Origin: Microcystis aeruginosa NIES-843
Lineage (GTDB): Bacteria > Cyanobacteriota > Cyanobacteriia > Cyanobacteriales > Microcystaceae
Direction: 5' to 3'
Length of the DNA: 32,000 nt
Assembly: GCF_000010625.1 (NCBI RefSeq)
Contig: NC_010296.1
Coordinates: 5,700,001 to 5,732,000, forward strand
Part shown: piece by piece, positions 16,235-24,527 of the stretch
Position numbering within the stretch: the stretch's first letter is position 1
How the letters are laid out: every line of letters begins with the position of its first letter
Notes under the pieces: generated by a model
Seen by the model: only the letters and a program-made list of their open reading frames with translations
Told to the model about the DNA's origin: nothing
Databases searched by the model: none
Program-made: the position numbers and the translations under genes

Positions 16235-16292
16235 GGTTTTTTATCTTGATTCTGTTTCGGTTTCTCCAAACTGAGCGCAATAATCATCCGCA

Positions 16293-16574
16293 CTAATAAA
16301 CTTCATCGTGAGTCCCAATTGACTCTAAAAGAATTGCCTGTTTCTGCTCATATTCAACGAATTTAAAGACAATTCTTAAATCATAGCCCACACTACAAGC
16401 ATAAGAGTCTTTAAGCTCCCCTTTTAATTTGTGTGTTCTTAATCGAGGTTGAAATGGATCTACGGATAATAAAGCTAAAGTTTCTTGGATATTTTGAACT
16501 AAAAAAGCCTGTTTTTTCACAATTTTTCGAGCATTTCTAATAAATATATTGGAGCGTAATAAAACAAAATTCAC
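16293..16574 (-). CDS. RelE/YafQ-type mRNA interferase toxin
   Basis: 93 aa. LRTHKLKGELKDSYACSVGYDLRIVF...GTHDEVY is the typical C-terminal half of RelE/StbE/YafQ toxins. It overlaps the upstream partner ORF by 4 nt. Confidence 0.75.
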   Translation of the reverse strand: MNFVLLRSNIFIRNARKIVKKQAFLVQNIQETLALLSVDPFQPRLRTHKLKGELKDSYACSVGYDLRIVFKFVEYEQKQAILLESIGTHDEVY

Positions 16575-16786
16575 GCAAGGATTTCCTCCATGATTTGTTC
16601 AGGTGTCAGGGGTTGACATTGACCTTGTGCAAATTCTTGTTGAGCTTCTTGAACATCTCTAACCAACTCTGTTCTTTTTTGATCTCGAAGACGATTCTGT
16701 AAAATATGAATGAGATTTTCTTGATCTTCAAGGGGAAGTTGCTCAGCCGCTTCTAGAATCTCTGCAAAGGTTGTTTGTATTGCCAT
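16571..16786 (-). CDS. antitoxin partner of the RelE-like toxin
   Basis: 71-aa acidic ORF immediately upstream of, and overlapping, the toxin gene. Confidence 0.6.
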   Translation of the reverse strand: MAIQTTFAEILEAAEQLPLEDQENLIHILQNRLRDQKRTELVRDVQEAQQEFAQGQCQPLTPEQIMEEILA

Positions 16787-17260
16787 TTTCTTAAGGGGCG
16801 ATCGATTAAACTATCTAGAATTTACGGTTCTTCGTTACTTGGTATGGTTCGATAGGGGGGCATAAATCGACTAAATCCTTATCTGGTAAGAGACTTAATT
16901 GATTAGTTCGCTCTAGATCAAAAACAATTAACAAAAATCGCTAAATGCCTTTCTATATAAGGGTTACATCCCTTATAACCCCCGTCTATTGCATAACACA
17001 AACCGAAGAGCCAAATTTACAATCAAGGATAAAAATAGCGAGAGTTACCGTATAAACATTCATTAGACCTCTTGCAAAAGTCTTAAGTCGATCCTTGTAC
17101 AGCAACATTTTTGAAGATTATCAACTACTAATAAATAATTAACTGAAAGTCCCTCCTATTATTGTTTCTATCGTTTGTTTTCGGATTTATGCAAGAGGTC
17201 TATTATATCGACATTTTTTTTCTAGTCAACTATTTATAACTAACTATATTATGCCCAAAC

Positions 17261-17552
17261 TTATATCCCACATTCCGCACCCTAGTCGTTGAAATCAAAA
17301 GTTGCTCTAGCCCTTGTATAGTAAGACTTTTAGCGATTACTAAGAATTATGAAGTGTCACACTCTAGTCAGCGATCGCCAGCTTAATGAGAGTTTATCTC
17401 AATAATTTGGTATCAGAGCTATCAGATTTTTAGGGCTAATTGTGCATCTGCTGGGCAAACAAATTAGCCTGTAATTCAGAGCCGGCAATCGTTTTGACGA
17501 TTTAGATAAAATTTTCAATGTGACACTTTAGGGTGCGGAATGTGGGTTATAT
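17261..17552. mobile_element. MITE family B (280-bp core 17267-17546, 18-bp perfect TIRs, TTATAT direct flanks)
   Basis: CCCACATTCCGCACCCTA at 17267-17284 is the exact reverse complement of TAGGGTGCGGAATGTGGG at 17529-17546. TTATAT occurs at 17261-17266 and 17547-17552. No ORF. Confidence 0.75.
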
Positions 17553-17619
17553 ATACAATCAATATATACATAACCTATATGTATAATATATACATAACGA
17601 ACGCCTGTTCCCCAGTTTT

Positions 17620-17671
17620 AAGAATTGCCTAGGGGACAATTCATAATTATAAATCAGCAACGCCGAGAATC
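17620..17671 (+). repeat. left copy of a ~50-bp direct repeat bracketing the protease cassette
   Basis: AAGAATTGCC..ACAATTCATAATTATAAATCAGCAACGCCGAGAATC compared with 18505-18553 gives about 43 matching positions, 4 substitutions and 2 short indels. Confidence 0.8.
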
Positions 17672-17711
17672 GAACCTATAATGGAGAGAAGTATTCTCCA
17701 GAGTCAACAAT

Positions 17712-17972
17712 ATGTCACTCAGTCAACTGTTGCCCACAGTTAATCAGTTATCTCACCAAGATAAGCTTCGACTCATTCACTTTCTGCTCCTAGCAGTCGC
17801 CAAAGAAGAGGGATGCAGCCTAGAACCAACTAGAGAACCTGATCCGGAAAATGTACTGCTTGAGCAACTGGCATCCACTGAAGCCGTGCTATGGTCGCCT
17901 CAAACCGATAGCGCAGCAGTGCAGGCATTGTCGGAGCTTCTGATTGCTGCAAAGGGAACATCCAATGCTTGA
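17712..17972 (+). CDS. small antitoxin-like protein (86 aa)
   Basis: ATG ORF. Its stop TGA (17970-17972) overlaps the ATG (17965) of the next gene in the arrangement ATGCTTGA. The N-terminal LLPTVNQLSHQDKLRLIHFLL resembles short antitoxin-type helices. That is a weak resemblance only. Confidence 0.5.
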   Translation: MSLSQLLPTVNQLSHQDKLRLIHFLLLAVAKEEGCSLEPTREPDPENVLLEQLASTEAVLWSPQTDSAAVQALSELLIAAKGTSNA

Positions 17973-18384
17973 TGGACAACGCTATTCATTTACTGAACGA
18001 AGAGACAACCTAGGGCGATCGGTAATCATGCCATATATCCCTTTAATGCTCACACTGGGCGATCGTTCTCTAGAAGTGACAGCATTGCTGGACACTGGTG
18101 CCAGTGTCAATGTTCTACCCTACGAGATTGGCCTACAGCTAGGAGCAGTCTGGGAAAATCAAACAGTATCCATTCCCTTGAGCGGAAACTTGGCTCAAAG
18201 CAATTCACGAGGTTTGGTTGTATCTGGTGCAATTGCACAATTCCCTTCTGTTCTGCTTGGATTCGCTTGGACTAAGATGAGAGATATACCTGTAATTCTT
18301 GGACACATGAACTTCTTTGCAGAGTTCAATGTGTGTTTTTATCGACACGAGTTGGCTTTTGAGGTTTGCCCGAAAGACGGATGA
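17965..18384 (+). CDS. retropepsin-like (clan AA) aspartyl protease, single DTG domain
   Basis: ALLDTGASVNVLP with DTG at 18091-18099, ~140 aa, and later ILGHMNFF. The ATG at 17965 is preferred to the TTG at 17944 in the ORF track. Confidence 0.7.
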   Translation: MLDGQRYSFTERRDNLGRSVIMPYIPLMLTLGDRSLEVTALLDTGASVNVLPYEIGLQLGAVWENQTVSIPLSGNLAQSNSRGLVVSGAIAQFPSVLLGFAWTKMRDIPVILGHMNFFAEFNVCFYRHELAFEVCPKDG

Positions 18385-18504
18385 AGTTGATAGCCGCCGC
18401 TCATCTTAGCCGTTACAATGCTTGAAGATAATCGGCTTTGCAGCAATCCAGATATGAATGCTAATTGTGCAAAGTATCCACAAGTTAACTTGGTTCGGAG
18501 TTTG

Positions 18505-18553
18505 AAGAATTGCTCAGAAGACAATTCATAATTAAAATCAGCAACGCCGAATC
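18505..18553 (+). repeat. right copy of the ~50-bp direct repeat bracketing the protease cassette
   Basis: See 17620-17671. It ends 2 nt before the stop codon of the convergent 18556-19230 gene. Confidence 0.8.
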
Positions 18554-18555
18554 AT

Positions 18556-19230
18556 CTAAGGACTAATATGAATTTGACTGAGAATATAACGCAAGCGATC
18601 ATAATCATCTTTAAGTAAAACACTTAACTGTCTGCCCACATTCACTAACCATTGTCGATCGGCTTGACGCAATTGATACATCTGACGGATAGAAGCAGCT
18701 GCCAAAGCTTCCACGGGAGTATTCTTGACCTGTAATAAAATTCGTAAAAAGTCTAATTGTTCGCTAAAATAAACCACTTCTAACGACTCACATTGATAAA
18801 CCGCCTGATGAATTTGTGGGGGTCGGGGAGGAATATATTGATAGATATAACCTCGCCCGGAACCATTGCCATTAAATTGTCCTGGCAGGGTTTCAAAACC
18901 GACAATAGTTGCCCGAAATTCCGTTTTTAACATAGCGAAAATCTGCGGCTGTTGTTCCCGCAATTCAGCCAAAGATAACCCCAAAGCTCTAGCGCGATGT
19001 ACCGAATCGATGGGGGCAGTGGTGGCAAAGGTGACAATCCCAAAAATCTTATTACCCGTTTCTTCATCGTAGGCTTTTACCCAACTACCAAAAGCAGGCA
19101 TAAAAGGAAAATTTAACTCCTCTGGTTCCAAACATTGCGCTAAGAACTCGGTCGTCGTCGTCTCGATAACTTCGGCGATATGATCGGGATGGCGGTTATC
19201 CGTGGCCAATTGCGGTAAGGGTGGACGCAT
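18556..19230 (-). CDS. conserved-looking hypothetical protein (224 aa), probably co-transcribed with the ndhS-like gene
   Basis: Long ATG ORF starting 2 nt after the stop of the upstream 64-aa gene. No family recognised with confidence. Confidence 0.6.
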   Translation of the reverse strand: MRPPLPQLATDNRHPDHIAEVIETTTTEFLAQCLEPEELNFPFMPAFGSWVKAYDEETGNKIFGIVTFATTAPIDSVHRARALGLSLAELREQQPQIFAMLKTEFRATIVGFETLPGQFNGNGSGRGYIYQYIPPRPPQIHQAVYQCESLEVVYFSEQLDFLRILLQVKNTPVEALAAASIRQMYQLRQADRQWLVNVGRQLSVLLKDDYDRLRYILSQIHISP

Positions 19231-19232
19231 GG

Positions 19233-19427
19233 TTATTTTTTGCCTTTAGCGGGGGCAATAATTACTTCTTCTAATTCCGAGAGATTAAAGGTAACTAACT
19301 TATCCCAGTTGCCCCCCTCAAAAAGAACGGCCACTTTCCCATCGCTTAAACGCTGGGCTAAACCTTCAAATTTATAGTAGGTATCATCGGGATTGGTGAC
19401 TCGAACGGTACTACCTGGCAAAATCAT
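19233..19427 (-). CDS. ndhS: NDH-1 subunit S-like protein (SH3-like fold)
   Basis: 64 aa. [55 protein letters not shown] matches my memory of cyanobacterial NdhS/CRR31 sequences. Confidence 0.6.
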   Translation of the reverse strand: MILPGSTVRVTNPDDTYYKFEGLAQRLSDGKVAVLFEGGNWDKLVTFNLSELEEVIIAPAKGKK

Positions 19428-19663
19428 AGGATTGACGACGAAATTATAATTAACTGTCTTTTAGCTTATCAAAAATTAGTTATCGCTCGTCGGTCGTCGG
19501 CCGGCAATAAGAGGTATGAGGGGATTTGGCATCATCCCCGGACGAAAGGCTGTTTACCGAGAACTGAAAAAAGCTCCCCACTTCCCCAACACTGAATAAT
19601 AGGTTCCAATCTCAGTGATCTGTGCTACCATTCGGGGTAAATTCAAGCGATCTCCAGACACCT

Positions 19664-20161
19664 ATGAGCAAGGTTCTCGTGTTGAATGCCTCCTACGAAC
19701 CGCTAAATATTACCAGTTGGCGGCGCGCGATCGTTTTATTGTTGAAAGGAAAAGCTGAATCCCTAGAACATAACGGAAAAGTGGTTTGTCGTGACTTACC
19801 GCTACCTTCTGTTATCCGTCTTAGGCAATACGTGCGTGTTCCCTACAAGGAAATTCCTTTAACCCGTCGTAATATTCTCGAACGAGATCATCACACCTGT
19901 CAATACTGTCTCTACCGAGGTGAACAATTAACCATCGATCATGTGATTCCCCGTTCTCGCGGAGGGGGTGATACCTGGGAGAATTTAGTGGCGGCTTGTG
20001 TGCGTTGTAATGTGCATAAGGGCAATCGTACACCAAAAGAGGCCAATATGTCCCTGCACGCCCAACCTCGTCGTCCCTACAGCAGTCTCCACTTTGAGCT
20101 ATTAAAGCACACCAGGGAGAATCACAATCACGAATGGCGTAAATATGTCATCGGTATTTAG
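19664..20161 (+). CDS. small HNH endonuclease-domain protein
   Basis: CQYC...LTIDHVIPRSRGGGDTWENLVAACVRCNVHKGNRTP is a complete HNH/McrA-type motif. The ATG at 19664 (MSKVLVLNASYEPL) is preferred to the GTG at 19622. Confidence 0.8.
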   Translation: MSKVLVLNASYEPLNITSWRRAIVLLLKGKAESLEHNGKVVCRDLPLPSVIRLRQYVRVPYKEIPLTRRNILERDHHTCQYCLYRGEQLTIDHVIPRSRGGGDTWENLVAACVRCNVHKGNRTPKEANMSLHAQPRRPYSSLHFELLKHTRENHNHEWRKYVIGI

Positions 20162-20511
20162 GGTGAGAAGGGCATGGTGAAACCAAGACCAAAATTGATT
20201 CCCATGCCATTATTATTAGTCTGGGTGCGAGGATTGGCAACTCCCGTGCCTAGATAAACCGAACAACCAGGACAGGGGGAATTGACTCGGTAGCGCACCG
20301 CCATGGGATCATTGGGATCGGTGATAGTTACTCCCTGATTGTTTAAATCTTTAATTAGATTGGTGACGGGTTTGAAAAAATCGGCGCTGGGGGGTTGACT
20401 TGGTTGCAGTTCTAGGGTTTGTTCTTGGGAAGCAAGAACAATTTCCGAAGCGATAACTAGCAGCAGAGAGATAGTTAAGCCAAATAAACCCAGATTATTT
20501 TTGATCTTCAT
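20158..20511 (-). CDS. small secreted hypothetical protein (signal peptide)
   Basis: 117 aa. The N-terminal MKIKNNLGLFGLTISLLLVIASEIVLA looks like a signal peptide. The 3' end overlaps the HNH gene stop by 4 nt (convergent). Confidence 0.45.
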   Translation of the reverse strand: MKIKNNLGLFGLTISLLLVIASEIVLASQEQTLELQPSQPPSADFFKPVTNLIKDLNNQGVTITDPNDPMAVRYRVNSPCPGCSVYLGTGVANPRTQTNNNGMGINFGLGFTMPFSP

Positions 20512-20605
20512 TTTTTTTTATCACCGAGAGATTGTTAATTTCTTCTGGTGATAATTCTAGCGTTTCCTCACCGGAAAAGACCCTACCCTAATCAGTAAAA
20601 TTTTT

Positions 20606-21718
20606 TTACTGATTTCTACCATACTTATAATAAGCGGCACAAGCACCTTCACTAGAAACCATACAAGTACCGATGGGATGTTCTGGAGTACAAGCAGTCC
20701 CAAATACTTTACATTCCCAGGGTTTTAAAACACCTTTAAGAATTTCGCCACACTGACAAGCTTTGTGATCTTTAACGCGCTGATTGGGTAAAGTAAATTT
20801 CTTCTCCGCATCAAAATTACTGTACTCATCTCGCAGTTTTAACCCTCCTTGAGCAATTTCTCCTAAACCTCGCCATTCAAACTGATCCCGCAGTTCAAAA
20901 ACTTGCTTGATTGCCGATAAAGCGACTCTATTTCCTTGATTTTGTACCACTCGATCGTACTGATTTTCGATCTCACATCTCTGCTCATCTAATTGTTTTA
21001 ATACCATCCAAATTGATTGCAGAATATCCAAAGGTTCAAACCCAGAAACTACCACAGGTTTATGATATTCTTGGGCAATAACTTGATAGGGTTCTGTGCC
21101 AATTACCATGCTAACATGACCAGGACCAACAAAACCGTCTAACTGTAGATCCGGGTTATCTAACAAAGCTTTCAGAGCGGGAATAATCACCACATGATTA
21201 GAAAATAAACTAAAATTAGTGATACCATCTCTTTGGGCTTCTAAAACAGTTAAAGCTGTGCTAGGAACGGTTGTTTCAAAACCTAAGGCTAGAAATATTA
21301 CTTCTTTATCGAGATTTTCTCTGGCAATTTTTAAGGCATCGCGAGGAGAATAAACCATGCGAATATCATCACCTTTTGCTCGTGCTTGCAGCAGACTCAA
21401 ATGGGAACCAGGGACACGCATAGTATCGCCAAAAGTTGTCAGAATTACGTTCGGTTGTTGTGCGAGAAAAATGGCATCATCTAAACGACCTCGCGGCATT
21501 ACACAAACGGGACATCCGGGACCATGAATTAATTCGATAGTTTCGGGAAGTATTGCCTCGATACCGTATTTAAAAATTGAGTGGGTATGACCCCCACAAA
21601 CCTCCATAATTTTAGTAACTTTTTCCCGCTTTTCAGAGATTCTTATCGATAATTGTTCAATTTGTTGAATTAATCCTGCCGCTTTAACCGGATCACGAAA
21701 TTCATCAACGTATTTCAT
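20606..21718 (-). CDS. hypD: [NiFe]-hydrogenase maturation protein HypD
   Basis: 370 aa. MKYVDEFRD, MEVCGGHTH, GPGCPVCV, GFETT and PGHVS are signature HypD motifs. Confidence 0.93.
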   Translation of the reverse strand: MKYVDEFRDPVKAAGLIQQIEQLSIRISEKREKVTKIMEVCGGHTHSIFKYGIEAILPETIELIHGPGCPVCVMPRGRLDDAIFLAQQPNVILTTFGDTMRVPGSHLSLLQARAKGDDIRMVYSPRDALKIARENLDKEVIFLALGFETTVPSTALTVLEAQRDGITNFSLFSNHVVIIPALKALLDNPDLQLDGFVGPGHVSMVIGTEPYQVIAQEYHKPVVVSGFEPLDILQSIWMVLKQLDEQRCEIENQYDRVVQNQGNRVALSAIKQVFELRDQFEWRGLGEIAQGGLKLRDEYSNFDAEKKFTLPNQRVKDHKACQCGEILKGVLKPWECKVFGTACTPEHPIGTCMVSSEGACAAYYKYGRNQ

Positions 21719-21772
21719 AACAAGCTTTCTCTCTATAAGTGGTTGGACAAAAGTAAAGTTAATTGTGGAGCC

Positions 21773-21793
21773 GGTCGTCGGTCGTCGGTCGTC
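21773..21793 (+). repeat. (GGTCGTC)3 heptamer array in the hypC-hypD spacer
   Basis: Direct reading. Shorter copies of the same heptamer occur near 19488-19500 and 28438-28454. Confidence 0.9.
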
Positions 21794-21866
21794 AGTAATA
21801 ATTGCCGTAATTTACATTTCTTAAGATAGACAAAAGAATTAATTTGTGGCTAACTAATTAAGAACA

Positions 21867-22130
21867 TTAATTATGATTAAATTCTTCCTCTAATTCCAAT
21901 AATTGTGTTAATAAATTTAAGGTTTCTTGCGCCTCATCTTCATCGATTCGATTCATGGCAAAACCCACATGAACTAATACCCAATCCCCTACACAAGTAT
22001 TAGCGGGATGGTCTTCATCAACAATACAAGCGATATTTACTTCTCTTTTTACACCCCCCACATCGACGAGAGCCAGATGATGGTTTTCATCAATAATTGC
22101 CGTAATTTGTCCCGGTATGCCTAAACACAT
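21867..22130 (-). CDS. hypC: [NiFe]-hydrogenase maturation chaperone HypC
   Basis: 87 aa beginning MCLGIPGQI, the invariant HypC/HupF N-terminus. Confidence 0.9.
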   Translation of the reverse strand: MCLGIPGQITAIIDENHHLALVDVGGVKREVNIACIVDEDHPANTCVGDWVLVHVGFAMNRIDEDEAQETLNLLTQLLELEEEFNHN

Positions 22131-22524
22131 AGTTTTTACCTTAAATCTAGTTTTTGTTAATTATGGGCTGATTTTTTGGCTAGAGATTGCAGTAATATCA
22201 ACCGAGAATCAGGTCATACTTCATCCCTCTAAGAAACGCTATACAGTCAAAGGTTATCCTTTTTACTTTTTCCTTTCCTCTTTCCCCTTTTTACTCGGTC
22301 TTACCTGCCATTCTGGACTATTGCCCTCAAGAACAGCTTTTTTTCCCGTATCTTTTTTAAGATTTCCCCTGTCCCGAACCGTGGACACTATCCCAGCAAG
22401 GGTAAAACTTTTGTATTAGGGACTACATCTATGATAAGAAATTATTCAATCAATCGATCGGGTGACATTCTAGGCTATGATTTCCCTGACTATAGTTATT
22501 TCTCTACATTAAGGAAAATCGACA

Positions 22525-24426
22525 ATGACAGCCTTTCCCATCGATTTGAGCGCCTATAAACCCATCAGTCTCGACCCCAGTAACCCCACCCTCACCGACC
22601 ACCAAAGAAGCACCCTAAAAGCCAATATCCAACTCTGTCGCGATGCTATCATCTTTTTTACTGCCACGGGTGCGGCCCGGGGTGTGGGTGGACACACCGG
22701 CGGCCCCTACGATACCGTCCCGGAAGTGGTGATTCTCGATGCTCTTTTCCGCAGTCAACCTAGTCAATTTGTACCAATTTTCTTCGATGAAGCGGGACAC
22801 CGCGTCGGTACTCAATATCTCATGTCTGCGTTAGAAGGTTCTTTACCCCCAGAACAATTAATGCACTACCGCGAGGCTAATTCTAAACTCCCCGGACACC
22901 CGGAATTAGGATTAACCCCAGGCGTAAAATTTAGTTCTGGCCGTTTAGGACATATGTGGCCCTACGTTAACGGTGTCGCTTTAGCTAACCCCGGAAAAAC
23001 CGTTTTTTGTTTAGGTTCCGATGGTTCTCAACAGGAAGGCAATGACGCGGAAGCTGCCCGTTTAGCCGTGGCTCAACACATCAATGTTAAGCTGATTATT
23101 GATGATAATGATGTGACGATTGCTGGTAATCCTTCCAAATATTTACCCGGTTATGATGTGGCTAAAACTCTCGCCGGTCATGGACTAAAAGTGTTAGTGG
23201 GAGATGGGGAAGATATCGATAGTTTGTATCGCAATATCTGTGAAGCAATTAATACTCCCGGCCCGATTGCGATTATTAATAAACGTCCCATGTGTCCCGG
23301 TATTGAAGGTTTAGAAGGTTCTAACCACGGTCATGATGTGATTTCTGTACCCTTGGCTTTGAAATATTTAGAGGCAAAAGGACACAGTGCCGCCGTGGAA
23401 TATCTCAACAGTATTAAGAAGCCTTCTAATGACTATAAATTCCTCGGTTCTGGGGATAAATGGGGTTCTAACCGCAACGTTTTCGGCGAAGCGGTGGTCA
23501 GTCTTTTAGGCAAAATGAGCGAAGAAGAACGCAAGGCTAAGGTATTAGTAGTAGATAGCGATTTAGAGGGTTCCTGCGGTCTGAAAATTATCCACGATAA
23601 ACATCCCGAAGTGTTTATTCCTTCCGGTATTATGGAACGGGGCAATCTTTCGGCAGCTGCTGGTTTTGGGATGGAAAAAGGTAAACAGGGAATTTTCGCC
23701 ACCTTTGCCGCTTTTCTAGAAATGTGTATTTCTGAAATCACCATGGCGCGTTTGAATTATTCTAATCTTTTATGTCATTTTTCCCATTCCGGTATCGATG
23801 ATATGGCGGATAATACCTGTCACTTTGGTTTGAATAATTTCTTTGCTGATAATGGACTCGATGACGGTTACGAAACCCGTCTTTATTTCCCGGCCGATGC
23901 GGCACAAATGACCGCTTGTGTTGAGGCAACTTTCCATCAACCCGGTTTACGTTTTATCTTCTCGACTCGTTCTAAAACTCCCAATATTCTTGATACTAAC
24001 GTTCATAATTTCTTTGGCGATGGTTATACCTTTGTCCCTGGAAAAGATGAAGTAATTCGGGAAGGCACTGCTGGTTATATCATCAGCTTTGGCGATGGTT
24101 TATACCGCGCTTTAGATGCAGTGGAACGTCTAAAACAAGAAGGTATTGACGTGGGTTTAATTAATAAACCGACTCTCAATGTAGTGGATGAAGAAATTAT
24201 CGCTAAAGTTGGTAATTCTCCCTTTGTTTTAGTGGTAGAAGCATTTAACCGTCGTACGGGTTTAGGTAGCCGTTATGGTTCTTGGTTACTCGAACGCGGT
24301 TTAACTCCTAAATACGCCTATATCGGTACTCACCACGAAGGTTGTGGCGGTTTATGGGAACAGTTCCCCCACCAAGGTATTGACCCAGTTGGTATCATTA
24401 GTAAAGTTAAATCTTTAATCGCTTAG
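22525..24426 (+). CDS. transketolase-family thiamine-diphosphate enzyme (atypical single-chain 633-aa form)
   Basis: GGHTGGPYD near the N-terminus, GSDGSQQEGNDAEAARLA (a GDG-x-N type TPP-binding block), and a pyrimidine-binding middle domain (ERGNLSAAAGF) plus C-terminal domain. It is shorter than, and divergent from, canonical Tkt. Confidence 0.75.
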   Translation: MTAFPIDLSAYKPISLDPSNPTLTDHQRSTLKANIQLCRDAIIFFTATGAARGVGGHTGGPYDTVPEVVILDALFRSQPSQFVPIFFDEAGHRVGTQYLMSALEGSLPPEQLMHYREANSKLPGHPELGLTPGVKFSSGRLGHMWPYVNGVALANPGKTVFCLGSDGSQQEGNDAEAARLAVAQHINVKLIIDDNDVTIAGNPSKYLPGYDVAKTLAGHGLKVLVGDGEDIDSLYRNICEAINTPGPIAIINKRPMCPGIEGLEGSNHGHDVISVPLALKYLEAKGHSAAVEYLNSIKKPSNDYKFLGSGDKWGSNRNVFGEAVVSLLGKMSEEERKAKVLVVDSDLEGSCGLKIIHDKHPEVFIPSGIMERGNLSAAAGFGMEKGKQGIFATFAAFLEMCISEITMARLNYSNLLCHFSHSGIDDMADNTCHFGLNNFFADNGLDDGYETRLYFPADAAQMTACVEATFHQPGLRFIFSTRSKTPNILDTNVHNFFGDGYTFVPGKDEVIREGTAGYIISFGDGLYRALDAVERLKQEGIDVGLINKPTLNVVDEEIIAKVGNSPFVLVVEAFNRRTGLGSRYGSWLLERGLTPKYAYIGTHHEGCGGLWEQFPHQGIDPVGIISKVKSLIA

Positions 24427-24448
24427 AGAGTATTTTAGGGGGGAATTA

Positions 24449-24483
24449 ATCAGTCATCAGTTATCAGTAATCAGTTATCAGTG
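24449..24483 (+). repeat. (ATCAGTN)5 heptamer array
   Basis: ATCAGTC ATCAGTT ATCAGTA ATCAGTT ATCAGTG. A related array (ATCAGCA ATCAGTG ATCAGTG ATCACTA) lies at 15648-15675. Confidence 0.9.
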
Positions 24484-24527
24484 AACATCTTTAATAATTA
24501 AGTAGGTAGGCGTTAAAAATTATTAGA

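Noticed and set aside
22117-22419. 100-aa ORF in the hypC / transketolase-like divergent spacer.
   Set aside because: It overlaps the hypC start. Its translation is Phe/Leu/Ser/Pro-rich and low complexity, typical of T-rich promoter DNA.
22413-22426. GTA-N8-TAC (GTATTAGGGACTAC), a candidate NtcA-binding site upstream of the transketolase-like gene.
   Set aside because: The bare pattern is expected by chance several times in 32 kb. I could not see a well-placed TAN3T -10 box about 22 nt downstream.
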